Assembly (NCBI GenBank): GCA_039794085.1
Contig: JBDIWC010000035.1
Span: 1 to 43,642 of the forward strand
Origin: Gemmatimonadales bacterium
GTDB lineage: Bacteria; Gemmatimonadota; Gemmatimonadetes; Gemmatimonadales; GWC2-71-9
Length of the DNA stretch: 43,642 bases
Direction: 5' to 3'
In this document: one piece after another, positions 27,574 to 37,563 of the stretch
How positions within the stretch are numbered: position 1 is the first letter of the stretch
Layout: every line of letters begins with the position of its first letter
Made by a program: the position numbers and the translations under genes
Notes under the pieces: generated by a model
Told to the model about the DNA's origin: nothing
What the model saw: the letters and a program-made list of their open reading frames with translations, nothing else
Databases searched by the model: none

Positions 27574-30240
27574 TCACCACCCAATGGGCGTCGCCCTCAC
27601 CACCTCCAGAGGGATCCTGGTGTTGTACCCATTGAGTAACGTTCCCCCGCCAGTCCGGTACCCATACCATCCCAGCTCGTAATTCCCCGCAGAATGGAAA
27701 TCGCTTCCCCGGAGCGTACCCGAGAATCGATACTCTGAGAAGGGACCGAAATTCTGACCGGAGAGAGTCATCGTCACGCCGGTGAGAGCCAAGGCGGTTT
27801 TCAGCCCCTGGGCATTGGTGGAGAGCTTGGTGAGCAGCAGATTGTCGATGGTATTCTGGCCCCCGGATGGCACGAAGTACCCCAGCGAAAGGTCCACCTG
27901 TTCCGGCACGCCACCGCAGTTGCCGTTGGCGCCGAGCGCATTGTAGCACACTCGGACCTGGGGAACACTGAATCGGAAATTCTCCGGCCCCGACCCGGTA
28001 TTGAACGACGCGAAACTGCCGGCCACCTTGTCGGCCAGATCGACGCGGTTCTCCCCCACGTTCCCGCCAAAATCAGTCCCACCGACGATCACGGATCGAG
28101 CCGCGAGACCGACGCCGCTTGGCTTGTAGAATCCTCCCGCATCCGCCAGGGCTTCGATGTGAGAATAGAACGGAAGCGTGTAGGATGCCGGCACCGACGT
28201 GGCGAACTGGTCGTCGAAGGGCGTGCCTCCGAAGGAATAGCGCAGGACCGCCACCTCTGGCGTGTTGTCGAACACGAATCCCCCCGCTACGATGGCCACC
28301 TCGGATTCATCGGTCACCTCGAAGGCGGCCGTGAAGTCCTGGCCCGCCGTGAAGGTGTTGGGCGCCTGGACGTTCTGGACCAGCGGTGCCGTGGTGTCGT
28401 AGAAAACGCCGAGGGAAACCGGGTTGCTCAGATTCCTCGCCCGGTCCTGAGCCTGATACTCCACCCGGATCTGTCCTGGCCGATTGTCGGGCCACGCGAA
28501 GGTGTTCTGCGAGAGGTCGAGTGGCACACACACACCGTTCGGATTTCCGATGAAGCACTGGTCGGCCACGGTGGTGAGGCCGGGAGCGTACCGTGTTGCC
28601 ATGATGCGATAGGGGTTCAGTCCGAACCCGCTCCCGTTGATGTCACTGGATCCGAGGAAGACCGGCGTCCCCACGGCTGGATTCCGTGCTCCCGTGACCA
28701 ACCCAAGCACCTCGTTCCGGGACGGGTCAAACCACGCCTTGGGTTTGGTGAAATCCATTCCCACATTTTGTGGCGTGGTCCCCTGACCATCGGTGACGAA
28801 CCGCTGGGTCAGGTTTCCCATCCCATCGAGGCAATTCAGCCTGAATCGGAGGGCGGGAGACGAGGTCTCGGTTCCGATGTCGTCACCCGTCGTCACCGGA
28901 CCATTGAAGGAGCTCCCGTCCGACGTGTACGTCAGGCTGCAGGAAATACTCCCGATCCCGCCGTCCCGCACGTTGTTCCCGACCGTCCACCCGAACTCTC
29001 CCAGGCGATCGATCATGGGGTCGGTTCGATTGAACCAGGCGGTGGAGGAGCCCACCTCGAACGTCGGGTTGCCCGTGATCTCCGGTCCCTTGTTGTCCAG
29101 AGGGAAGAGGATATTGGCAAGAGTGAGAGCGCCGCCCACATCGAGAAGGTCCACGGACTGCCCATCCGCCGTCACCCCGGTCGGCCGGTAGACCGCTTCG
29201 ACACCCTGGGTTCCGCCTGCGGCAGGGGCGGTATCCTTTCGAAGTATTAGACTGACGACCCCGCCAGTGGAGGACCCAAAGGCGGCAATGGCCGGCGCAC
29301 CCGACACTATCTCCACACTCTCCAGAGTCACCCCGATCACATTGGCCGCCGGGGATCCGTCAAATCGCACGTCAGCCGCGGTGAAACTCGCTTCGGTTCC
29401 CCATGTGGTCCCCAAGACGGGATCCTGAACCGTAGTCCCGCCCACCTGATGGCTCGTGATGACAACACCCCGTGTGTTGGCCAAGGTGACCTGTCCCAGC
29501 GACTGCTGGGATACCGCCTGCCCCCCCGTAGGGATGAGCCGAGCGATTGCCTCGTAGGTCCCATTCGGCGTCCGGGGAGAGGCCGCCAAGGTCTGCTGAT
29601 CCACGACCACCGACGACGTGGGCACATCGAGGATCGTCCGATTGCGGATGGCCAGCTCGAGAGGGAAGTCGCTCCCCCTCTCCCCCAGCACCCCTGATCC
29701 CCCCGGCACGCCATTCACGATGGCTTGGCTCCCCACCACCACGTCGTCAAAGACCACCTCGACCGCTCCCGAGAAGTTGGCTGGCGCATCCACGTCCACC
29801 TCCACCCTGACGACTCCGCTGAGGGCGTTGAGCGATACCGGCTGTCCATTTTTCGTCACTCCCACCACGGTGATCCCCAGCACGGGAGCGGTCACGGTCA
29901 CCGGCGCACTCGCCGAGACCCCGGACTGCCCGGTGAGGACGGCGGTGACCGTGGCGTTGCCGGGAGTCACACCCGTCACCAGACCGGCCTGATCCACCGT
30001 CGCCACCGCCGGAGGGGAGGACGTCCAGGTGATTGTCCCGGTCCCGTTGTTGATGGTGGCGGTGAAGGTGCCCGACTGACCCACCTCGACGCTGAGTGAT
30101 GCCGGAGCCAGCGTGATCGTCGGTGCTGGAGGAGGGGGAGGCGGGGGCGGCGGAGGGGGAGTGGTGGGCCCATCCCCCCCGCACGCTGCGGTGACAACCC
30201 CCAACATCACGCCCAGGAAACGAACGCGGAGAATGCGCAT
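27574..30240 (-). CDS. Large surface lipoprotein with poly-Pro linker and bacterial Ig-like (Big_2) domain
   Basis: Lipobox VTAAC; TTPPPPPPPPPPPAP; ITWTSSPPAVATVDQAGLVTGVTPGNATVTA; further beta-rich segments ending D.(T/K).P. Confidence 0.85.
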   Translation of the reverse strand: MRILRVRFLGVMLGVVTAACGGDGPTTPPPPPPPPPPPAPTITLAPASLSVEVGQSGTFTATINNGTGTITWTSSPPAVATVDQAGLVTGVTPGNATVTAVLTGQSGVSASAPVTVTAPVLGITVVGVTKNGQPVSLNALSGVVRVEVDVDAPANFSGAVEVVFDDVVVGSQAIVNGVPGGSGVLGERGSDFPLELAIRNRTILDVPTSSVVVDQQTLAASPRTPNGTYEAIARLIPTGGQAVSQQSLGQVTLANTRGVVITSHQVGGTTVQDPVLGTTWGTEASFTAADVRFDGSPAANVIGVTLESVEIVSGAPAIAAFGSSTGGVVSLILRKDTAPAAGGTQGVEAVYRPTGVTADGQSVDLLDVGGALTLANILFPLDNKGPEITGNPTFEVGSSTAWFNRTDPMIDRLGEFGWTVGNNVRDGGIGSISCSLTYTSDGSSFNGPVTTGDDIGTETSSPALRFRLNCLDGMGNLTQRFVTDGQGTTPQNVGMDFTKPKAWFDPSRNEVLGLVTGARNPAVGTPVFLGSSDINGSGFGLNPYRIMATRYAPGLTTVADQCFIGNPNGVCVPLDLSQNTFAWPDNRPGQIRVEYQAQDRARNLSNPVSLGVFYDTTAPLVQNVQAPNTFTAGQDFTAAFEVTDESEVAIVAGGFVFDNTPEVAVLRYSFGGTPFDDQFATSVPASYTLPFYSHIEALADAGGFYKPSGVGLAARSVIVGGTDFGGNVGENRVDLADKVAGSFASFNTGSGPENFRFSVPQVRVCYNALGANGNCGGVPEQVDLSLGYFVPSGGQNTIDNLLLTKLSTNAQGLKTALALTGVTMTLSGQNFGPFSEYRFSGTLRGSDFHSAGNYELGWYGYRTGGGTLLNGYNTRIPLEVVRATPIGW

Positions 30241-30426
30241 AAAGACCTCACGGACAAGGAGTTGCACTCGGGACGCGAATCCTCGAGGATGGCAGGTGGG
30301 GCCCCTTCACTCAATTACGCGCAGAAAGAGCCACCATCCGGCCACCTCCTGGCGCGGCCCAGGTTGCCAAGCCCCAAATTCAGCGATAAGCTATTGATGT
30401 CTCCATTCTGACTTTGTGAGCCCCAC

Positions 30427-31077
30427 ATGGTATCTGCGGATTCGGCTCCGGAACCCGGCGAGATCACCGCCATACTGCACGACGCCGCGGGCGGCGGGAC
30501 CGATCTGCTGCGCCGGGTCCTTCCTCTGGTCTACGACGAGCTCCTCGCCATTGCCCGGCAGCGGTTGCGGCACGAGTCCCCCGGACACACTCTCGACACC
30601 GCCTCGCTGGTCCACGAGGCGTACCTCCGCTTCGTCGGCCAGGACAACGCCCACTTTCGAAACCGGCAGCACTTCTACGCAGTCGCCTCCGAGGCGATGC
30701 GTCGCGTCCTGGTGGATCATGCCCGCCGGATCCAGGCCGGAAAGCGAGGACGTGGAGCCCACCCCGTCGAACTCGCCGAGGCCGACCAGAATCCCGGGGA
30801 TCACGCCTTCCTCACCGACGACCGGGCCACCGAACTCATCGCCCTGGATGATGCCCTGGATCGCCTGGCCGTGTTCAACCCGCAGGGAGCGGCCGTGGTG
30901 CAACAGCGCTTCTTTGCCGGCCTGTCCACGCCCGAGGTAGCGGAGGTCATGGGAATCTCGGAGCGCACGGTCCGACGCTCCTGGACCGTGGCCCGCGCAT
31001 GGCTCCGCCGGGAACTCGACTCCGGCACTCCGGGCGCGATGGGACTGTTCGCCGCCGAGCCACCCCCGGCACCCTGA
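30427..31077 (+). CDS. ECF sigma factor of the kinase-associated (TIGR02999/ECF43-like) type
   Basis: LLRRVLPLVYDELLAIA, HTLDTASLVHEAYLR, NRQHFYAVA..AMRRVLVDHAR, KRG, LDDALDRL, RFFAGLS, ERTVRRSW..ARAWL. Confidence 0.93.
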   Translation: MVSADSAPEPGEITAILHDAAGGGTDLLRRVLPLVYDELLAIARQRLRHESPGHTLDTASLVHEAYLRFVGQDNAHFRNRQHFYAVASEAMRRVLVDHARRIQAGKRGRGAHPVELAEADQNPGDHAFLTDDRATELIALDDALDRLAVFNPQGAAVVQQRFFAGLSTPEVAEVMGISERTVRRSWTVARAWLRRELDSGTPGAMGLFAAEPPPAP

Positions 31078-31086
31078 GGAACCGGA

Positions 31087-33840
31087 ATGGACGGGGACCG
31101 CTGGAACCGGCTCGAGGCCCTCTGTGCCGAAGCACTGGAACAGAAGCCGGAGAATCGCGGGGCCTGGATCTCCGCCGCATGTGCCGGAGATACTGCGCTG
31201 CGCGACGAAGCCTTGAGCCTGTTGGAACAACTCGACCGGGATCCGGGGTTCATGGAGGCGCCCGTGGCTTCGATCCAGGACCTCTTCCCGGCTCCTCCGG
31301 ACACCGGGACCGAGGAGGACCCCCACCAGATCGGGACATGGACCCTGGTCCGCCCCCTCGGCCGCGGAGGAATGGGAACGGTGTGGCTGGCGGAACGGGA
31401 GGTGGAGGGCATCCGCCAGCAGGTGGCCCTCAAGCTGATCCGCCGGGGGATGGATACGGAGGATGTCCTCGAACGATTCCGGCTGGAGCGCCGCATCCTG
31501 GGCGCCCTGGATCACCCCAACATCGCCCGGCTCCTCGATGCGGCCGCCACGCCCGACGGGCGGCCCTACCTGGTGATGGAATACGTGGACGGGATGCCGG
31601 TCACCGAACATGCGGATCGCAAGAGACTGTCGGTACCGGCTCGTCTCGAGCTGATGCTGACCATCTGTGGCGCCGTGGATCATGCCCACCGGCATCTCGT
31701 GGTCCACCGGGATCTCAAGCCCCGGAACATCTTCGTCACCGGCGACGGCACGGTGAAGCTCCTCGATTTCGGGATCGGGAAGGTTCTCGGCGAGAGTGGG
31801 ATCCTCGGCCCCGCACGAGCCACCCGAACCCGGGCCCGTCTCCTGACTCCCGAGTACGCCGCTCCCGAACAGATCACGGGCGCCCCGATCAGCACCTCCA
31901 CCGACGTGTACGGGCTGGGGCTCCTCCTCTGCGAGCTTCTCACCGGCCGACATCCGCTGCTCTCCGGCGGGGAAACCCTGGCCGAGATCGAGGACGCCAC
32001 CCTCCACCGCACGCCCACGGCGCCCAGCCAGTTGACGGGACAGCACACCCAACCGGGGCAGGGTCGCCGCCGGATTCCGCGCGACCTCGACATGATCATT
32101 CTGAAGGCCCTGCGGAAGGAACCGGAGCGGCGCTACCCCACGGCGGCGGATCTCGCCACCGATCTCCGGCGGCACCTCTCCGGTCACCCGGTCACCGCGC
32201 GGCCGGACACCATCGGCTACCGGGTGCGCCGGTTTCTGCGACGGAACGCGGCACCGGTCATCGCGGTCTCGGCGGTGTTCCTCGCGCTGGTCGCCACCAC
32301 CGCCGTGACCCTGGTCCAGTCCCGGCGCGTGGCGGGCGAATCGGCCCGGGTGGCGGCGGAACGCGACAAGGCGCTGGAGGTCCGGGGGTTCCTGATGGAG
32401 ATGTTCGGCGCCACCGGGGCCGGCCGGGCCGTGGGTGACACGGTCACCGTCCGCCGGCTCCTCGACCTGCAAGCCGCCCGGCTCGATGCCGAGCCCTGGA
32501 GCCCCGAGCTCCGGGCGGAAATGCTCGCCGTTCTGGCCGATGGCTACGACCGTCTCGGGCTCTGGGAGGAAGCCGAGCCGCTGGCCCTTCGCTCACTCGA
32601 GATTCGGCGCAGCCTGTTTCGCAACGATCACCCCGACGTCGCCGCGTCGCTGAACCTGGTCGGATGGATCGCCCACGAGCGGGGCCGCTCCCGCGACGCG
32701 GTGCCCCTGCTCCACGAGGCCATCCACATCCGGCGTGCTCTCGGACCGGCGGCGGGCGGGGACCTGAGCCGGAGCCTCAACGACCTGGGGGTGATCTGGA
32801 ACGCGCTCGGTCAGTACGACAGCGCCCAGGCGGTGCTGGAGGAATCCCTGGCCATCCGGGACCGGCTCTTCGGTCCCGGCCACCGCACCGTGGGCATCAC
32901 CGCCAACAACCTGGCCGCCGCCCACTGGTTCCAGTCCCGCGTGGACGATGCGGCGCGGATCCAGCAACGGGCGGTCGAGGCACTCCAACAATCCGTGGGA
33001 CCGGATCACCAGCGCACCATCGTGGCGCTCAGCAACCTGGCCACCTTCCGGCTCACTGCCGGCGATCTCGACGGGGCGGAGCGGGACTATCGGAATCTTC
33101 TCGCGCGGCAGGAGCGTCTCCAGGGTGCCGATCACCCCGTCACCTCCCAGGTGCGCCTTTCACTCGCCACCGCCTTGACCCAGCAGCGGGGCGCCGTTCC
33201 GGAGCCCTCCCGCCTGGACGAAGCGGACACGCAGCTCCGTCAGGCCCTGGCCGCCTACGAATCGCGCCTGGGAGTGGCGCACCCGCAGGTCGGCGTGACC
33301 CTCGATCGGCTGAGTGATCTCGCCCTGGCCCGTGGACGCCCCGCCGAGGCGTTGCCGCTCGCGGAGCGCGCCGTGGACATCCTGCGCCGGTCCCGGGGGA
33401 CGGAACACCGGGCCACGGCGGATGCCCTGGCCGGCCTGGCCCTCGCCCACCGGCGTCTGGGGGGGGGGCACCTGGACCGGGCGCTTCGGTTTCAACGCGA
33501 GGCGGTGGCCGGCTTCCAGGCGGGAGCGGGTCCCACCCACGCCGAAACGGGCCGGGCACGGGGCATGTTGTGCGATCTCCTCCTCGCCACGGGTGGGGAC
33601 CTGGTGGAGGCGGAGCACCTGTGCGCCGATGCGGTGGAGGTGGTGTCGAGGGGCCCTCCAGGATTCCACGAGATGCTCCCCTTCTTCCGTTTGCGACAGG
33701 CGGTGGCCAACTACCTCCTGCAGCACCCGGAACGGGCGGACTCGATCGTGGCGGTGGCCCGTCGCGAGGTCGAGCGCGGTCTCGGTGGTGCGGACGCCCG
33801 GCGGCTGCTCGATTCGCTCACGGCGGCGAGGAGGCGGTAG
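31087..33840 (+). CDS. Hanks-type Ser/Thr kinase with TM helix and extracytoplasmic TPR repeats
   Basis: LGRGGMGTV, VALK, HRDLKPRN, DFG, TPEYAAPEQ, DVYGLG; TM segment; repeats of the type G.DHP..A..LNNL. Confidence 0.96.
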   Translation: MDGDRWNRLEALCAEALEQKPENRGAWISAACAGDTALRDEALSLLEQLDRDPGFMEAPVASIQDLFPAPPDTGTEEDPHQIGTWTLVRPLGRGGMGTVWLAEREVEGIRQQVALKLIRRGMDTEDVLERFRLERRILGALDHPNIARLLDAAATPDGRPYLVMEYVDGMPVTEHADRKRLSVPARLELMLTICGAVDHAHRHLVVHRDLKPRNIFVTGDGTVKLLDFGIGKVLGESGILGPARATRTRARLLTPEYAAPEQITGAPISTSTDVYGLGLLLCELLTGRHPLLSGGETLAEIEDATLHRTPTAPSQLTGQHTQPGQGRRRIPRDLDMIILKALRKEPERRYPTAADLATDLRRHLSGHPVTARPDTIGYRVRRFLRRNAAPVIAVSAVFLALVATTAVTLVQSRRVAGESARVAAERDKALEVRGFLMEMFGATGAGRAVGDTVTVRRLLDLQAARLDAEPWSPELRAEMLAVLADGYDRLGLWEEAEPLALRSLEIRRSLFRNDHPDVAASLNLVGWIAHERGRSRDAVPLLHEAIHIRRALGPAAGGDLSRSLNDLGVIWNALGQYDSAQAVLEESLAIRDRLFGPGHRTVGITANNLAAAHWFQSRVDDAARIQQRAVEALQQSVGPDHQRTIVALSNLATFRLTAGDLDGAERDYRNLLARQERLQGADHPVTSQVRLSLATALTQQRGAVPEPSRLDEADTQLRQALAAYESRLGVAHPQVGVTLDRLSDLALARGRPAEALPLAERAVDILRRSRGTEHRATADALAGLALAHRRLGGGHLDRALRFQREAVAGFQAGAGPTHAETGRARGMLCDLLLATGGDLVEAEHLCADAVEVVSRGPPGFHEMLPFFRLRQAVANYLLQHPERADSIVAVARREVERGLGGADARRLLDSLTAARRR

Positions 33841-33845
33841 GGGCG

Positions 33846-34195
33846 GGTGTTGGGTGTTGGGTGTTGGGTGCTGGGTATTGGGTATTGGGTGTTGGGTATC
33901 GGGTGTTGGGTATCGGGTGTATGGGATACTGGGATTGCGTCGGGGTCCGTTGACGCCGTCATTGCGAGGGCCCGCAGGGCCCGTGGCAATCTCGTGAGCC
34001 GATGCCGACCTCGTGCGACGCCACCTCGGCCTTCATGCCGGTACCGCAGTGGAGTCCAGGCAGGAAGGCCGCCCATTCGATTACCACGCCGTCCTCCGCT
34101 CACGAGATCGCCACGGACTCCTGCGGAGTCCTCGCGATGACGACCAAGCCTATCTCCCCTCTCCCGCCCTGCGGGAGAGGGGCCGGGGGTGAGGG
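33846..34195. repeat. T(G/A)TTGGG heptamer array, 184-bp TIR element (33958-34141) and CCCTCTCCC unit
   Basis: Directly visible; TIRs GTCATTGCGAGG / TCCTCGCGATGAC. Confidence 0.9.
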
Positions 34196-35731
34196 CTACG
34201 GCGTCGCCGCCTTCCGCGGCATCATTTCTTCGCGGTTCGCCAGATGGTACACCGTCCACGCCACCACCGTGGCGGCCTGCTTCAGATCGTCGATCAGGAG
34301 ATGGTCGAACACATCGACATTCGAGTGATGCGTCCGGGTGGAGTACTCGATCGGATCCTGGATGAAGTTGAAGCCAGGAACTCCCACCGCATCGAAGGCA
34401 AGGTGGTCGGTGCCACCAGTATTCCCGTGGCGGACCGTCACGACCCCAAGATCCCGGAAGGGGAAGAGAATCTGCTCGAACACCGGCGACGCCACGGCGT
34501 TCGATTGATTCCAGATGCCCCGGATCTTGCCCGTCCCGTTGTCCAGGTTTACATAGGCGGAGATTCGTGGCAACTCAGCGGCATGCATCCGCACCCAGGC
34601 CCGCGACCCGATCAGGCCCTGTTCCTCGCCACTCCAGAGGCCGATTCGAACGGTACGGCGGAGGGGGAGGTTCAACGTCTTGAGGATTCGCACCGCCTCC
34701 ATCATCACGGCGGATCCCGCGGCATTGTCGGTGGCGCCGGTCCCGGAGTGCCAACTGTCGAAGTGGGCACCCAACATCACCACTTCGCCCGCCTTGTCGG
34801 TGCCGGGGAGTTCCGCGAGGACGTTCTCGCCCCGGCGCTCGCCGTCGTGGAACCGGGTCTGCACGTTCACCTCGAGCCGGGCGGCTGCACCGTCCTTCAC
34901 CGTGCGCCAGAGTCTCCCGTACTGTTCCTTCGACACCACGAGCGCCGGAGTCGGGTTGTAGACGCTGTCCCGCGCCAGCTGACCGTCCGGGTGGCCGCCG
35001 GTCAGCAGAATGTGGTAGCTCCATCCGGAGGGCAGAAGAATCGCCGCCGGCTGTTCCGTGCGCAGGAACCGTCCCACGGCTGCGTTGAGCGCCCGGATCT
35101 GCTGGAAACGGCCCGGGCCCGCCGCCCCCGGACGTCCAGGGCCGCCGCCCTGCCGACGCTCGGGTGGATTGATCAACGCCTCCAGCGTCTGTCGTCCCGG
35201 GGCGGCATCGAGCTCCGGCGCCGCGGAGGAGGGTTCACCCTGGAGCACACAGACGCCCTTGAGTTTCCCGGCATACGCCCGGAGTTCGGTGCTGTCCTTC
35301 ACATCGAGTGCCACCACCGGGCAGGTCACCGGCCCGCGCGTGCTGCCGCTCCACGCTTGAACGTCGGCTGTCAACAGGTCGGGCGATGGATCCAGCACCC
35401 GCGCCGACACCTGGAGGCGTTCCCATCCCCGGCCGAAGGGCTGGTCCCAGAGCTCCACGTGGGCGTTCGCCAGGCCCCAGCCCTTCAAGGTTTCGGCAGC
35501 CCAGGCGTTGGCTTTGCGGTTGGCGGGACTGTTGGTGAGTCGAGGGCCGTGGACCTCGGTCATGGTCCAGGCGAGCGGCTCGATCTGCGACCGATTCAGT
35601 CCCTCATCCCGGATCCGCTCCACGACACCGAGGTCGACCCGTTCCTGAACGATCTGTTGAGAGGCGAGGGGGGAGAGTCCGGTGGCGGTGAGGGCCAGGG
35701 CGATGATCCAGCCACGAGGAGGGATGCGCAT
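34196..35731 (-). CDS. Secreted M28 family peptidase (PA-domain type)
   Basis: HGPRLTNSP, GAHFDSWH, GATDN, SGEEQG, YVNLDNG, GGTDH, THHSN.D; start at ATG 35731. Confidence 0.93.
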   Translation of the reverse strand: MRIPPRGWIIALALTATGLSPLASQQIVQERVDLGVVERIRDEGLNRSQIEPLAWTMTEVHGPRLTNSPANRKANAWAAETLKGWGLANAHVELWDQPFGRGWERLQVSARVLDPSPDLLTADVQAWSGSTRGPVTCPVVALDVKDSTELRAYAGKLKGVCVLQGEPSSAAPELDAAPGRQTLEALINPPERRQGGGPGRPGAAGPGRFQQIRALNAAVGRFLRTEQPAAILLPSGWSYHILLTGGHPDGQLARDSVYNPTPALVVSKEQYGRLWRTVKDGAAARLEVNVQTRFHDGERRGENVLAELPGTDKAGEVVMLGAHFDSWHSGTGATDNAAGSAVMMEAVRILKTLNLPLRRTVRIGLWSGEEQGLIGSRAWVRMHAAELPRISAYVNLDNGTGKIRGIWNQSNAVASPVFEQILFPFRDLGVVTVRHGNTGGTDHLAFDAVGVPGFNFIQDPIEYSTRTHHSNVDVFDHLLIDDLKQAATVVAWTVYHLANREEMMPRKAATP

Positions 35732-35872
35732 GGGTGACGTCCTCAATTCGATTATGGGCACAGGAACGGGGCATTGAATCGGCGGGAAGAGGAATGACCG
35801 TTCCTCCGATACTACGAACCAGCGGCCGACGACGTTGGGATTCCGTTTTCGGGGCTCGGTGTGCAGGTGGGT

Positions 35873-36056
35873 GTCATCGCGAGGCAGCGAAGCTGCCGTG
35901 GCGATCTCGTGAGCCGATGTCGACCTTGCATGACGCCACGTTGCCCTTCATGCCGGAACTGTATTGGAAGCTAGGCGAGAAGGCCGTCCGTTCGATCTCC
36001 ACGCCGCCCTCCGCTCACCGGATCGCCACGGACTCCTTCGGAGTCCTCGCGATGAC
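35873..36056. repeat. 184-bp TIR element (MITE/REP-like)
   Basis: GTCATCGCGAGG ... TCCTCGCGATGAC; same length and internal blocks as 20591-20774 and 33958-34141. Confidence 0.9.
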
Positions 36057-36069
36057 AACTCTCCCGGCC

Positions 36070-37431
36070 CTACTGCAGCCGGAGTGCCGCGAGTCGGCGC
36101 TCCACCTCCGCGGCCGGATACCAGGCCCCCTTCACCATAACCCCCGCCTGCCGCCCCACGTTGCCGATGTCCGCGAGCGGGTTGCCGTCGAGCAGGATCA
36201 GATCGGCGCGCTTTCCTGTCTCCACCGTTCCCGCCAAGGCCTCGATGCCGAGAAACCGGGCCACGTTCGTGGTACCCGAGGCGAGGGCCTGATAGGGGGT
36301 GAACCCGGCCGCGACCAGCGCATCGAGCTCCCGCCGGACCGAATACCCCGGGATGTTCCAGATCTGGGGCGCATCCGATCCCAGAAGGAAGGGGACGCCC
36401 GCATCGACCATCTGCTTGAGAATGGTGCGACGCGCCTGGAGGAACCGGGCCCGGGTCGCCTCATCCACCATCCGCCGGGTGGCGTCGGTCCGGGTTTTCC
36501 ACCCGCTCACCTCGCGGGCGCTGGCATAGACCATCTCGGGGCGGGCGGCGAGTTCCTCCGGGCTCATGGCCCCCGCGGTGGTCTCGAAGAGCGACTGGGT
36601 CGGCACCTGCCAGATACCGGCTTCCTTCGTCTTCCGCACCAGTGCCGGAAGCTTGCCGAGATCGAGATGCGGCGTGAGATTGAGCCCGAACCACTGGGTC
36701 TGGTCTCCCGTCACGGGAGCGCCATCGGCCACGAGCGCCTCCACATAGCCATCGAGATGATCGATCGTGGCGTAGCCCAGTTCGATTGCCCGTTCCACGC
36801 CGACCGCCACGGGGACATGGCCGGCGAAAGGGATGTCGAGCCGGTGTGCCGTGGTGGCCAGCGACTCGAACACCTCGCGCTGCACACCGGGATGGATCTT
36901 GAGGAGATCATACCCGGCCGCCTTCTGCTCGGTGACCGACCGAACCGCGGCCTCCGCCGTGGGGACCGAATTGCCGTTGTGCGAAGGGCCCGAGGTCCAG
37001 AGCCAGGGCCCGAGCACCTCGCCCTTCGCGAGGCGATCCCGCCAGGGGAGATGCCGCGGATCGCCGAGCATGCCGCGGATGGTGGTGACACCGTGCAAGG
37101 CGTAGAGAGCCAACACCCTCTCCATCGCCTCCTCCGAGTACCCCTGCCCCGGCGGCACATGAGCGTGCATCTCGGCGAGGCCCGGCATCAGGAACTTGCC
37201 GCGGCCCTCGACCCGGATGGCACCCGCGGGAACGGCGGTGGTGGCGGGGCTTCCCATGGCGACGATCCGACCATTCGCCACCACCACCGTCTGATCGGGA
37301 ACCACAGCGTCCCGGGTCATGGGAACCACCGACACGCCCACGAAGGCGACGGGTGGATCCTGCGCCGACAGGGGGGCAACGCCCGCGACGAGGAGGGACA
37401 GCACGATTGACAACATGGCACTCTGACGCAT
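36070..37431 (-). CDS. Secreted amidohydrolase family protein
   Basis: PGLAEMHAH, GVTTIRGM, LLKIH, FAGH, TIDH, LLGSD, GTVETGKRADLILL; signal peptide. Confidence 0.9.
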   Translation of the reverse strand: MRQSAMLSIVLSLLVAGVAPLSAQDPPVAFVGVSVVPMTRDAVVPDQTVVVANGRIVAMGSPATTAVPAGAIRVEGRGKFLMPGLAEMHAHVPPGQGYSEEAMERVLALYALHGVTTIRGMLGDPRHLPWRDRLAKGEVLGPWLWTSGPSHNGNSVPTAEAAVRSVTEQKAAGYDLLKIHPGVQREVFESLATTAHRLDIPFAGHVPVAVGVERAIELGYATIDHLDGYVEALVADGAPVTGDQTQWFGLNLTPHLDLGKLPALVRKTKEAGIWQVPTQSLFETTAGAMSPEELAARPEMVYASAREVSGWKTRTDATRRMVDEATRARFLQARRTILKQMVDAGVPFLLGSDAPQIWNIPGYSVRRELDALVAAGFTPYQALASGTTNVARFLGIEALAGTVETGKRADLILLDGNPLADIGNVGRQAGVMVKGAWYPAAEVERRLAALRLQ

Positions 37432-37563
37432 CGGAGGCACCTGGGTCAAGGGTCGGGAATCGGGCCGATCGGCGCGGGGCCCTCCGCGTCCGATCACTGC
37501 ATCATACTACGATCATGGGAACACCGGCGTTTCACCGGAGGTCATCAGGGCGCCGGACATCCC

